Virus record (IMG/VR): IMGVR_UViG_3300005805_000358
Span: 1-28,136 of that record
Reading direction: 5' to 3' (one strand)
Length of the DNA: 28,136 bases
DNA from: a virus
Lineage: Duplodnaviria > Caudoviricetes
The first letter of the stretch is position 1; every line of letters begins with the position of its first letter. A program made the translations under genes and the position numbers. Below, in pieces: positions 9,195 through 16,962 of the stretch. Below the pieces are notes generated by a model. That model worked only from the letters and a program-made list of their open reading frames with translations. It did no database searches and was not told where the DNA came from.

Positions 9195-10340
9195 GTGTGT
9201 GGCATAGCAGGTTTTATTGGTAAATCTAAAAATACCGAATTGTCATTTGATTTGTTGACATTTTTGTTTGAAAAATTAGATTCCCGTGGCATTGATGCCA
9301 CTGGTTATTGGCTAGCCGAGTCGGGTAAAAATGGAAGTGTGTATACTCATAAACAACCCGGAAAATCTAGCGAGTTTGTTAAAACTGATCTATGGAATGA
9401 CAATAAAATTATAGATTATAATTTAGCATTGGTTCATGCTCGTGGTGCTAGCCGTGGATCAGGTAGTCCGCTTATAAACAAAAATAACCATCCTTTTTTA
9501 AGTCAAAAAAAGAATATAGCTCTTGTTCATAATGGAAAAATTGATGGCGATGAATACGATGCGTTGACTCAAAAATATGAAGTGTTTTCAGAATGCGATT
9601 CTGAAATTCTTTTGAGAATATTTGAGCAAGCAAAATATGCATATTCTGGAAATTTTTTAAATGAATATGTCGGAGATATTCTTGAAAAAGAAAGAATAGC
9701 TGGAATAAAAGACATTTTTTCTTATATCAATCAAGGACATATGGCTGTTGCTATAGGCGAATACAAAGAAAACAATGCAAGAAATCTTTGGCTGTTTAGA
9801 AATGAACATAGACCGCTTTGGTTAGCAGATACTAGAAAATCTTTAGGACAGGTGTTCTTTTTTTCCGAGCCTTTAATATGGTATTACGCAATCAAAAAAA
9901 TAGGAAAGAAAGAATTATTTCAATCAAAAATTATTGAAATATTAAATCACGAAGTGTGGCAATTTTCCATTGATGCTAATGCTGAAGAAATAAATCATCC
10001 TATAAAATACTGTGTTACATCATCTGGATATAAAAAATGGTCTTATAATGGTTCTGTAATGAATGTACCTGACGATGACATAGAACTTAATGTTATTTCA
10101 CCTATTAATGCTACTAAAGATAAAAAACAATATATACAAGAAAATTATGACATAGAGAAAACTCTTGATAGCATGGAAAGAAAAATAGAAAAAATTCAAG
10201 AAACTTGCAGAAATATTTACACAACTTCTCAAGTAATGATGAGAAGTAATTCTTTGTCTTTAAGTGATATGGAACAAATTTTATCTTTGTTAGATGAACA
10301 ACAAAAATCATTTTCAGACATAGAAAATATATTTCATTAG
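9195..10340 (+). CDS. Class II (Ntn) glutamine amidotransferase domain protein
   Basis: N-terminal MCGIAG (Cys nucleophile), RGIDATG, HARGAS, NNHPF, HNG and DSE. GTG start with AGGAG RBS. C-terminus is helical, with no SIS or asparagine-synthase domain. Confidence 0.88.
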   Translation: MCGIAGFIGKSKNTELSFDLLTFLFEKLDSRGIDATGYWLAESGKNGSVYTHKQPGKSSEFVKTDLWNDNKIIDYNLALVHARGASRGSGSPLINKNNHPFLSQKKNIALVHNGKIDGDEYDALTQKYEVFSECDSEILLRIFEQAKYAYSGNFLNEYVGDILEKERIAGIKDIFSYINQGHMAVAIGEYKENNARNLWLFRNEHRPLWLADTRKSLGQVFFFSEPLIWYYAIKKIGKKELFQSKIIEILNHEVWQFSIDANAEEINHPIKYCVTSSGYKKWSYNGSVMNVPDDDIELNVISPINATKDKKQYIQENYDIEKTLDSMERKIEKIQETCRNIYTTSQVMMRSNSLSLSDMEQILSLLDEQQKSFSDIENIFH

Positions 10341-10347
10341 AGGAAAT

Positions 10348-10908
10348 ATGAAAAAAAATTTTAATGAAGATGATTTTATTATTGATGATATTTTAAAAAA
10401 TAGAGACAAAATAAAAAAGAAAGTCAATGGAAAACAAAAAGGTGGGCGTGTAGAGAGGGAGCTTACAAAAATATTAAATTGTAGATTTAATTGTCAAGAT
10501 TTTAGTAGATCTGTTGGATCTGGGAATAGATGGGGTCAAGTAAATCATTTACCAAAACACGCAAGAGATGTTTTTTCTGGCGATTTAATTGTTCCTCAAA
10601 ATTTTAAGTTTTGTTTGGAATCTAAAGGTGGCTATGACGGCATTGATTTAAATGGAATTTTTAATCATGGGTCTACGGAACTAGATCATTTTTTAGAACA
10701 AGTTGTGGCTGACTCTGAGAGGTGTTCAAGAAAACCACTGTTGTGTTGGAAAAGAACAAGAAAATCTTGGTTGGCTTTTATCAAAACTGAAGAAATAAAT
10801 AATAAGGTATTTACTTACATGCTTAAATACAGAGAATGGACTGCTGTGTTATTAGACGATCTTTTAAAACTAGAAGATGATTTTTTTATAAATTTGGAGG
10901 GACCTTGA
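10348..10908 (+). CDS. PD-(D/E)XK nuclease, Holliday junction resolvase-like
   Basis: KQKGGRVERE, SVGSG, GDLIVP and CLESK, the E...D...ExK pattern of Hjc-like phage resolvases. Confidence 0.72.
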   Translation: MKKNFNEDDFIIDDILKNRDKIKKKVNGKQKGGRVERELTKILNCRFNCQDFSRSVGSGNRWGQVNHLPKHARDVFSGDLIVPQNFKFCLESKGGYDGIDLNGIFNHGSTELDHFLEQVVADSERCSRKPLLCWKRTRKSWLAFIKTEEINNKVFTYMLKYREWTAVLLDDLLKLEDDFFINLEGP

Positions 10909-11225
10909 AATATTTAAATTCATTAAAAAAAGATAATCAAATACACATTACTTTTAACAACGGAAGAATTTTTGATGAAATGTCAATTTCTCATCTAGGT
11001 GTAGAATTGCTTGCAGAAGCCGATAATTGCCCAGAAAAAAATACACTTATTTTAGATTTTTCAAATGTAGATTACTTATCAAGTGCAGCTTTAGGAAAAA
11101 TAATTACTGTTAACAAAAAATTAAAAGAAAAAAATAGCTTTTTAATTTTGAAGAACATGAATGCAGATATTCATGAAATTTTTGTCATAACCAGATTAGA
11201 TAAATTTTTTAAAATTGAATCTTAA
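10905..11225 (+). CDS. STAS-domain anti-sigma factor antagonist (SpoIIAA/RsbV-like)
   Basis: LILDFSNVDYLSSAALGKII (STAS loop with phosphorylatable Ser) and EIFVITRLDKFF; 106 aa; TTG start overlapping TGA with GGAGG RBS. Confidence 0.9.
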   Translation: MKYLNSLKKDNQIHITFNNGRIFDEMSISHLGVELLAEADNCPEKNTLILDFSNVDYLSSAALGKIITVNKKLKEKNSFLILKNMNADIHEIFVITRLDKFFKIES

Positions 11226-11226
11226 T

Positions 11227-12519
11227 TTATTCAAAATCTTCTAGTTGATAAAATAAACATCTTTGATCTATCCATACTTTGGTTCCACCCTTAGTAATAA
11301 ACCAATGCCATTTTTTTGGTTGTTCGACTTCGATTGTATCTCCAAATCCATCCGTAAGTACAAACACAACTGGATGTTTTTTTTTATTTTTGGAAATCTC
11401 ATTATACAAATGTGTTTGAATTATTGTAAAAGCTGTACCGCCACCACCATAAATTTTTTTTGATTTTAAATTTGTTTCTTGAACTTTTGTATCAAAACAA
11501 AACAAACGAATTTTAAATCTATTTGGATCAAGACTTGAAGCACAATCAAAAAATCTATTTTTTAATCCAAAACAACTTCCAGATGTGTCCATGTAAAAAA
11601 ATACATCAATTGTGTTTTCTTCAATCGTTTTTTGATAAGTTTCAATTTCAGAAGGCAAAAATAAGTTATCACTAATAGATGTATATCTTCTTGATTTTCT
11701 AAGCCATTGCTCTGCATAACCGTATCCATCACTTGAGTTTTTTCTTTCCCAATCCTTTATTATGGTTTCCCATTTTTTTTTCTTTTTTACTCTTATTTTT
11801 TGTAATTCGATCCACCAACCTGTAGTGGTTTTTCCTGCATTTTTTGTTTCTTGTTTCTCTAGTATTTTTGATATTGTTTCTAATTCATCTGGATTTAATT
11901 CGGATGAAATTTCGGATAAAAAATTTTCTGTGTTTTTGTCTAAGAAATTAGAGTGATCATCTATACAGCCGTTATTTAATTGATTGACCAAATTTGGATG
12001 ACCATCTCCGTAAATTTGCTTATATTTATTTAAATAAAATTCAAAACATTCATCTTGTGGAAAATTGTTTTGTGGAAAAACATCATCTACCCAACATAAC
12101 ACATTTTTTTTCTCTATATTTTCTAATTGCAAAGCGTATTTAATACTTTGTTCTACTGTATTTTTTTCAAAATTAAAATTGTTAATTAGCAAGTGGTTTA
12201 CGACTATATCTAAACAAATGTTTGCACAAACTTTATTGGCTTGATTAAGATTTTTGCTTCTCTTGCCGTGATTTAAAAGAATGTGTAACATTTCGTGGCA
12301 TATTACAAATAATTTACCATCAAGCGATAAATTATTCCAAAAAATAGGATTAAATGAAAATTGAATGTAGTTGCCACGAGAATCGAATTCAACCGAAGCA
12401 GTTTCTATTTCTGTATTGAAAGTTGGTTTTCCAACCGACCAAATTTTGTAAAAAATTGCATGAAATCTTTCTAATTCATTAGAAATTTGCATCCATTCTT
12501 CTGAGCTTATTTTTGACAT
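11227..12519 (-). CDS. Zincin-like metallopeptidase plus vWA domain protein (DUF2201-like)
   Basis: HEMLH (HExxH), DIVVN, DDH, then vWA MIDAS DTSGS, FDT, GGGGT and LTDG; directly downstream of a MoxR ATPase. Confidence 0.85.
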   Translation of the reverse strand: MSKISSEEWMQISNELERFHAIFYKIWSVGKPTFNTEIETASVEFDSRGNYIQFSFNPIFWNNLSLDGKLFVICHEMLHILLNHGKRSKNLNQANKVCANICLDIVVNHLLINNFNFEKNTVEQSIKYALQLENIEKKNVLCWVDDVFPQNNFPQDECFEFYLNKYKQIYGDGHPNLVNQLNNGCIDDHSNFLDKNTENFLSEISSELNPDELETISKILEKQETKNAGKTTTGWWIELQKIRVKKKKKWETIIKDWERKNSSDGYGYAEQWLRKSRRYTSISDNLFLPSEIETYQKTIEENTIDVFFYMDTSGSCFGLKNRFFDCASSLDPNRFKIRLFCFDTKVQETNLKSKKIYGGGGTAFTIIQTHLYNEISKNKKKHPVVFVLTDGFGDTIEVEQPKKWHWFITKGGTKVWIDQRCLFYQLEDFE

Positions 12520-12520
12520 A

Positions 12521-13567
12521 TTAACCCTCTGACAAAATAATTGCCAATTCGGGATTTTGAGTCAAAAATCTTTTTATCTTAGAAACAATTTTATAATCGC
12601 TGTTTGCATTCAATATATCTTTGCAAATTTCAGTAAAAATCATCTCTGATTTAATGTTTGTTATTACATGTTTAGCTACTTTTTCATTAGTGGCCATAAG
12701 GCAAATTATTTTTTCTTTTGATAGTAAAGGCAAAAACCAATCGCTCAATGTCTTGCTTTCAGTTACATATTTAAATCCAGAATTAAAATTATTTTCATTT
12801 TTAAACCATACTTTAGCTCCGTCTTTATCGTTTTCTGCCATAAATTTGGCAAGTTTTTCGCTAGTTGGTCCTTCTTTTAAAGCTTGTAATAGCTTTGAAA
12901 TTCCACTTTCTTGAGGTAGATAGTCTCTTAGATCACCTTGACGAGAAAATGCATTTAAAGCATATTCTAAACGCCTTGGAGACACTAAGTTTTTAATTGA
13001 ATCATCTAATTCATTCCACCAAGAAATAGCACTAGATGCTATTTCTTGACCAAATTTTGATCTAAAAAATTCAGAATCTGGCTTGTAATCAATTTTTTTG
13101 TGAACTTCAAATCGATCTAATTGAGCTTGATCAAGTTTATCTACATCGTATGAATCTGGATCATCATCTGGATTTATTGCTGCCCACACCATTCTTAAAT
13201 TTGGGAATTTTTCTCCATTTATGCTTTTGAATTGTATCAGTTCAAGCACTGCGTTTCTGACCTTTTTTGGAGATCGATTAAATTCATCCATAAAAATTGC
13301 TTCTACATCGCCAAGCACAAAATCTAATGGTCTAACCATTGTTATGTAACTTATTGTTTCGTTATTTACTACTTTGGTAGTTTCTTTTGGTATTCCTACA
13401 AAATCAGTCCATGGGTCCATAGTGGCAGCACTAAAGTAACGCCATTTGATTTTATTTCTTTCAAATGCATTTTTAATTAAAGTTGTTTTTCCAACTCCAT
13501 GTTTTCCAATGAGCAAAACATTTTGGTTGTACTTGATCCAATTGTCAAGTTTGTAATTTATACTCAT
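12521..13567 (-). CDS. MoxR-family AAA+ ATPase
   Basis: Walker A GKHGVGKT, Walker B IFMDEFNR, sensor AAINP, arginine finger LDRF, SPR. ATG13567 is preferred because AGGAG abuts ATG13573 directly. Confidence 0.88.
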   Translation of the reverse strand: MSINYKLDNWIKYNQNVLLIGKHGVGKTTLIKNAFERNKIKWRYFSAATMDPWTDFVGIPKETTKVVNNETISYITMVRPLDFVLGDVEAIFMDEFNRSPKKVRNAVLELIQFKSINGEKFPNLRMVWAAINPDDDPDSYDVDKLDQAQLDRFEVHKKIDYKPDSEFFRSKFGQEIASSAISWWNELDDSIKNLVSPRRLEYALNAFSRQGDLRDYLPQESGISKLLQALKEGPTSEKLAKFMAENDKDGAKVWFKNENNFNSGFKYVTESKTLSDWFLPLLSKEKIICLMATNEKVAKHVITNIKSEMIFTEICKDILNANSDYKIVSKIKRFLTQNPELAIILSEG

Positions 13568-13590
13568 TGCCATCTCCTATTAGATTTGGC

Positions 13591-13599
13591 ATTATATCA
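13591..13599 (-). promoter_or_regulatory. Extended -10 sigma70-type promoter for the MoxR-vWA operon
   Basis: The minus strand reads TGaTATAAT, a perfect TGnTATAAT, 12 nt upstream of the AGGAG RBS. Confidence 0.6.
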
Positions 13600-13623
13600 A
13601 AAATATTTGTTTTTTAAAAACAA

Positions 13624-14367
13624 TTACTCAAAAATTTGTAATTGATTTTTTTCAGAAATGAAAGTGTTTTCAGCGTATTCTAATTCAAACCACACATTGT
13701 AAATACCAGCATCGTAATCTGATGTGTCTAAGTAATAATATCCATACATTTTTTCTCTATAATCCACAAGTTGCCGATCTACCACCAATCGGAGATCTTT
13801 TTCTTGTGGGACACAATCACCACAAGATTTTTCGATTGAAATACGCAAATCTGAGACTATGGCGAGATTTTCGTAATAAGGCGTTAAATCGGCTCCTCGT
13901 GGAACATTTGGTGCTATTTGCACAACCAAATATCTTTTTGTTCCTTTTACAATTCTGTTTGGTCTGAAACCAAATGAGAAATCATAAACAGGAGGCACTG
14001 GGCTGGTAAACCAAAGATTAGGATAAATTTTAAAATGATTTGTTATGTCGGCAGTTGTACATTCTGTTCCTTCAAATGTTACAGACCAAATATCCATGTA
14101 GTCGCCAATAGTGTATAAAGGAGAACTGGCGACTACATCAACATAATATGCCCCAGTGGACTCAACGGTAATATCCCCACCATCCACCGTTTCAACCAAC
14201 CTTCTACCATCAGGATTTACCGCTGAGATCTCATTGGGGTCTTTTGTGTATATGTCCACTTTTTCAATAGTTTGCAAATTTGCACGATTATTGCTATTGT
14301 ATGAAAACAACCGCAATCTTATGGTGTCGTTGCAAGTAGGATTTTGCATTCTTTCTTTTAGTGGCAT
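13624..14367 (-). CDS. Hypothetical protein, probably virion structural (beta-rich, Ig-like character)
   Basis: 247-aa ORF co-oriented with the gp26-like gene; two beta-rich halves ending in G-x-Y-x-x-x-W / G-x-Y-x-x-W patterns (TIGDYMDIW, AGIYNVWF). Confidence 0.6.
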   Translation of the reverse strand: MPLKERMQNPTCNDTIRLRLFSYNSNNRANLQTIEKVDIYTKDPNEISAVNPDGRRLVETVDGGDITVESTGAYYVDVVASSPLYTIGDYMDIWSVTFEGTECTTADITNHFKIYPNLWFTSPVPPVYDFSFGFRPNRIVKGTKRYLVVQIAPNVPRGADLTPYYENLAIVSDLRISIEKSCGDCVPQEKDLRLVVDRQLVDYREKMYGYYYLDTSDYDAGIYNVWFELEYAENTFISEKNQLQIFE

Positions 14368-14369
14368 AT

Positions 14370-14609
14370 TTATCTTCTCTTACTGCTAGCTTTCCTTCGC
14401 TCTGCTTCCATTGCTTGATTTTCTTTTTCTTTCTGTTCTATAAACCTTTGCACCATCCACTGCCTTATATTAATTGGCATCATTAGTGTTTTCTGCATAT
14501 CTTGGTGCAAATGATAAGAAAAGAAGAAAATTTCTTCTAGGAGGTTTTTACCAAGGGCTATGCTTGGGTGTTCTTTTCCCTCTTCCTCCGGGGGAAGAAA
14601 AAATTTGCT
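14370..14609 (-). CDS. Start-less -1 frame ORF (gp51/GT-like extension), probably expressed by frameshift from the gp26-like gene
   Basis: Open from 14609 (after in-frame TGA 14612-14610) to TAA 14372-14370: ...FLPPEEEGKEHPSIALGKNLLEEIFFFSYHLHQDMQKTLMMPINIRQWMVQRFIEQKEKENQAMEAERRKASSKRR. It fills the intergenic gap exactly, with the next ATG 2 nt later. Absent from the ORF track. Confidence 0.75.
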   Translation of the reverse strand, partial: SKFFLPPEEEGKEHPSIALGKNLLEEIFFFSYHLHQDMQKTLMMPINIRQWMVQRFIEQKEKENQAMEAERRKASSKRR

Positions 14610-15592
14610 TCAAGTGGCAAATCAATAGAAAACTCTGCAGAACAACTAGGGCAATTGATTTCTACATTAGTATCAACACCAAAAGGCGGTTCGTTGATAA
14701 TGCCTCTAATATAAGACACATCATTGATTGGCAAATTCTTTAAAAGAATTTGCAATTCCATTTTGTCATTGATGCCATCAATTTCTTCAAGTAATTGTGC
14801 TGTTCTGTATGTCAAAGTATCATCCGTTGCGTTATCGCCAAACATTTTCATTCTGCGTTCACGATACTCATTAATTTCTTGCTCATCACGACCTGTAGAC
14901 AAACGATACCTAAACTTATATTTAGAATTTGGTAGAGTATCTTCCAAAATTGGACCGAAATCTACAGGACATTGATTCACAAAAAGTGTACTGAGGTCAA
15001 CATTGGTGCTGAATTTTGCACTGCATTCTGGGCATTTAACTTCGACATCGTAGCTATGAGAATAAGAAATACCTCTAAGGTACAAAAGCAAGTAGGTACG
15101 ATCCACAGTTAAAAGATTTTCTGCCCTAAAATCTTCCCTAATGCACTTCTGAAAAATCATATTAATTGCTTGACCTTTACGGACAAATCGAGGAGTAGCT
15201 AAAATCTGTTCCTCTTCTCCTGTCATAGGTCTAATATGAATCAAACCATTTTCTGGTCCGTTTTTGCCATCATAAAACCTACCTTTTGATGGCAGTTGAA
15301 CTTCTTCGTACTGAGCAGTTGAACCTTTAAGGGTTTCAAGAATTTCTTTAAGTCTTCCACTTTGATTGTTTGAAGGAAAACTTGAATTTGCTTTAGTCGT
15401 GTTCGGGACATTTGGATTTGCATTTTCTCTATCACGCAAAGACGCAAAAGATTGATTTGGTCGTTGCAAAGCAGACTGAGGAGCATCTTGGCTATTGCCT
15501 TGATTTTTCAAAGCCTGAAGAAATTCTTGAGGGACACTGCCCTGAATATTAATGCCACTACCTTCTTTATTTTGGAAATTGTCATCTGCCAT
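14558..15592 (-). CDS. T4 gp26-like baseplate hub / tail assembly chaperone
   Basis: VQLPSKG, IRPMTGEEEQIL, DRTYLLLYLRGISY, two CxxC pairs (CPEC, CPSC) and terminal NFFFP, as in gp26-like proteins; about 90-aa low-complexity N-terminus; GAGGAG RBS. Confidence 0.8.
   Translation of the reverse strand: MADDNFQNKEGSGINIQGSVPQEFLQALKNQGNSQDAPQSALQRPNQSFASLRDRENANPNVPNTTKANSSFPSNNQSGRLKEILETLKGSTAQYEEVQLPSKGRFYDGKNGPENGLIHIRPMTGEEEQILATPRFVRKGQAINMIFQKCIREDFRAENLLTVDRTYLLLYLRGISYSHSYDVEVKCPECSAKFSTNVDLSTLFVNQCPVDFGPILEDTLPNSKYKFRYRLSTGRDEQEINEYRERRMKMFGDNATDDTLTYRTAQLLEEIDGINDKMELQILLKNLPINDVSYIRGIINEPPFGVDTNVEINCPSCSAEFSIDLPLEANFFFPRRKREKNTQA
14597..14606 (-). promoter_or_regulatory. Putative programmed -1 ribosomal frameshift site
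   Basis: The minus-strand zero frame reads GCA AAT TTT TTC, giving two overlapping XXXYYYZ heptamers (A AAT TTT and T TTT TTC). A GC-rich self-complementary stretch follows (TCTTCC...GGAAGA, TTCCC...GGGAA). Confidence 0.7.
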
Positions 15593-15644
15593 TACTATAC
15601 TCCTCGATGTTGCTAAATTTTACCTTTAGCTTTAAAATAGTGTT

Positions 15645-16007
15645 ATGGAAATAAATCTTCAAAATATTGAAGAAATAATTTTTTATAATTCTAAGGTATG
15701 GCAACACATACCTGAATATAACCAATATTACCATGATTGGTTGCTCTCTATAAGAGTACCCGGCATGAGAGATTTAGGAAAAAGAGCAATTTTAAAATTT
15801 TTAAATAGTATAGAAAATAATACTATTGAAAAACTTGAGAGTTTTTTTGGCGAAACAGTGATTGTCACAAGAACTAATGATCAAATTTTAAAAAATTTGA
15901 ATTTTAAATATTGCAATATTGAAAATAATCTTTGCAATATTGATAATTACAAAGATTTTTGCGTTACAAGAAATTCAGAAAATGTATCTATAACTTTTTG
16001 GAGATAA
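15645..16007 (+). CDS. Hypothetical protein
   Basis: 120-aa ORF heading a tightly packed plus-strand run; no RBS, TAAAAT 6 nt upstream of the ATG. Confidence 0.7.
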   Translation: MEINLQNIEEIIFYNSKVWQHIPEYNQYYHDWLLSIRVPGMRDLGKRAILKFLNSIENNTIEKLESFFGETVIVTRTNDQILKNLNFKYCNIENNLCNIDNYKDFCVTRNSENVSITFWR

Positions 16008-16009
16008 TC

Positions 16010-16363
16010 ATGGAAAACTTTTTGTTATTTGCTTTTGCGTCTGTTGGCATGGCTCATATTATTGTCGATGGATCTATCATGGAGTCTTCAAGAGATTATG
16101 TAAAGAAATTTAGTCAAAAGATAAATTTCCCTAAATTAGGCGAACTTGTTGAATGTTATTTATGTTGCGGAACTTGGACTGGTTTTTTTATCGGATACAT
16201 AATTTTTGGCTATCATATTAATGATATTCTTTTAAGTGTTTTAACGACTTTTGCTTGTGGTTGTGCAGGTGGCTTTCTTTCCAATCTGGCAGCTATGATT
16301 TTGAATTATATTGAGTCGGCAACTATTATAAATTTACCAGAAAATAAAAATGAAAATTTATAA
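16010..16363 (+). CDS. Membrane protein with CxxC, DUF1360-like
   Basis: Three hydrophobic segments; VDGSIMESSRD and LGELVECYLCCGTW match the DUF1360 pattern (D..I...R ... C.xC.g.W). ATG16010 has GGAG at 16000-16003. Confidence 0.65.
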   Translation: MENFLLFAFASVGMAHIIVDGSIMESSRDYVKKFSQKINFPKLGELVECYLCCGTWTGFFIGYIIFGYHINDILLSVLTTFACGCAGGFLSNLAAMILNYIESATIINLPENKNENL

Positions 16364-16607
16364 ATATCAACTTTATTGTCAATTTTGTCACTATAGAAAA
16401 ATTTTTGGTGACGAAGACATCAATGATTTATCTTTGCAAAAAAGTGTTGATGTTCAAGCTGGCATACCAAGACTTGACCCAATTACGAAAAAAACTGAGA
16501 CATCTGAATTTAAAAAAGGCAAATATAAAAGCAAATGCCCAAAATGTGGGCGTGTAATTTTTGTGACAAAATATTATGAACCAAAACAGGAAGATAACAT
16601 TACTTGA
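16350..16607 (+). CDS. Small zinc-ribbon protein
   Basis: CQFC near the N-terminus and CPKCG near the C-terminus; 85 aa. Confidence 0.7.
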   Translation: MKIYKYQLYCQFCHYRKIFGDEDINDLSLQKSVDVQAGIPRLDPITKKTETSEFKKGKYKSKCPKCGRVIFVTKYYEPKQEDNIT

Positions 16608-16962
16608 TATAAAACAGGCACTTAAAGATTCTAGATTCAGAGAAACTTTGCCACCGATTTTGATGGATGATGTGCAAAAATTCTTAAAGAATCCGGGCTG
16701 TGCTTGCAATATGCCATTGTACAAAAAAATCATGGCAGAATGTTCAGATCAGGTAAAGCAGTATTTTCCAAATACAGAAATACAAAATTTACAAGAAGAA
16801 ATACAAAAACTGGCTGACAATAAATTTTCTGTAATAAATTGTTCTATAGATGAATTAGAAAACAAATTGCGTAAATTAGGGGCTGGAAGAAAACAAATAG
16901 CTGTTGCTAGATTTGAAGACCAAGTTACGGTAATCATCAATGATTTAGATTTTATTTATTAG
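16576..16962 (+). CDS. Hypothetical protein
   Basis: 128-aa ORF overlapping the upstream gene; contains NPGCACN. Confidence 0.7.
   Translation: MNQNRKITLLDIKQALKDSRFRETLPPILMDDVQKFLKNPGCACNMPLYKKIMAECSDQVKQYFPNTEIQNLQEEIQKLADNKFSVINCSIDELENKLRKLGAGRKQIAVARFEDQVTVIINDLDFIY

Noticed and set aside
14486-14560. TAG read-through of the gp26-like gene as an alternative to frameshifting
   Set aside because: The zero frame meets another TAG after 6 codons and a TAA soon after; only the -1 frame spans the gap.
14474-14743. 89-aa plus-strand ORF over the gap
   Set aside because: It is antisense to the gp26-like gene and its -1 extension, with no RBS or recognisable motif.
16359-16366. Exact T4 late promoter TATAAATA (also at about 8724 and 27953 on the minus strand)
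   Set aside because: All copies are intragenic and not positioned just before a supported gene start; they are expected by chance in AT-rich DNA.
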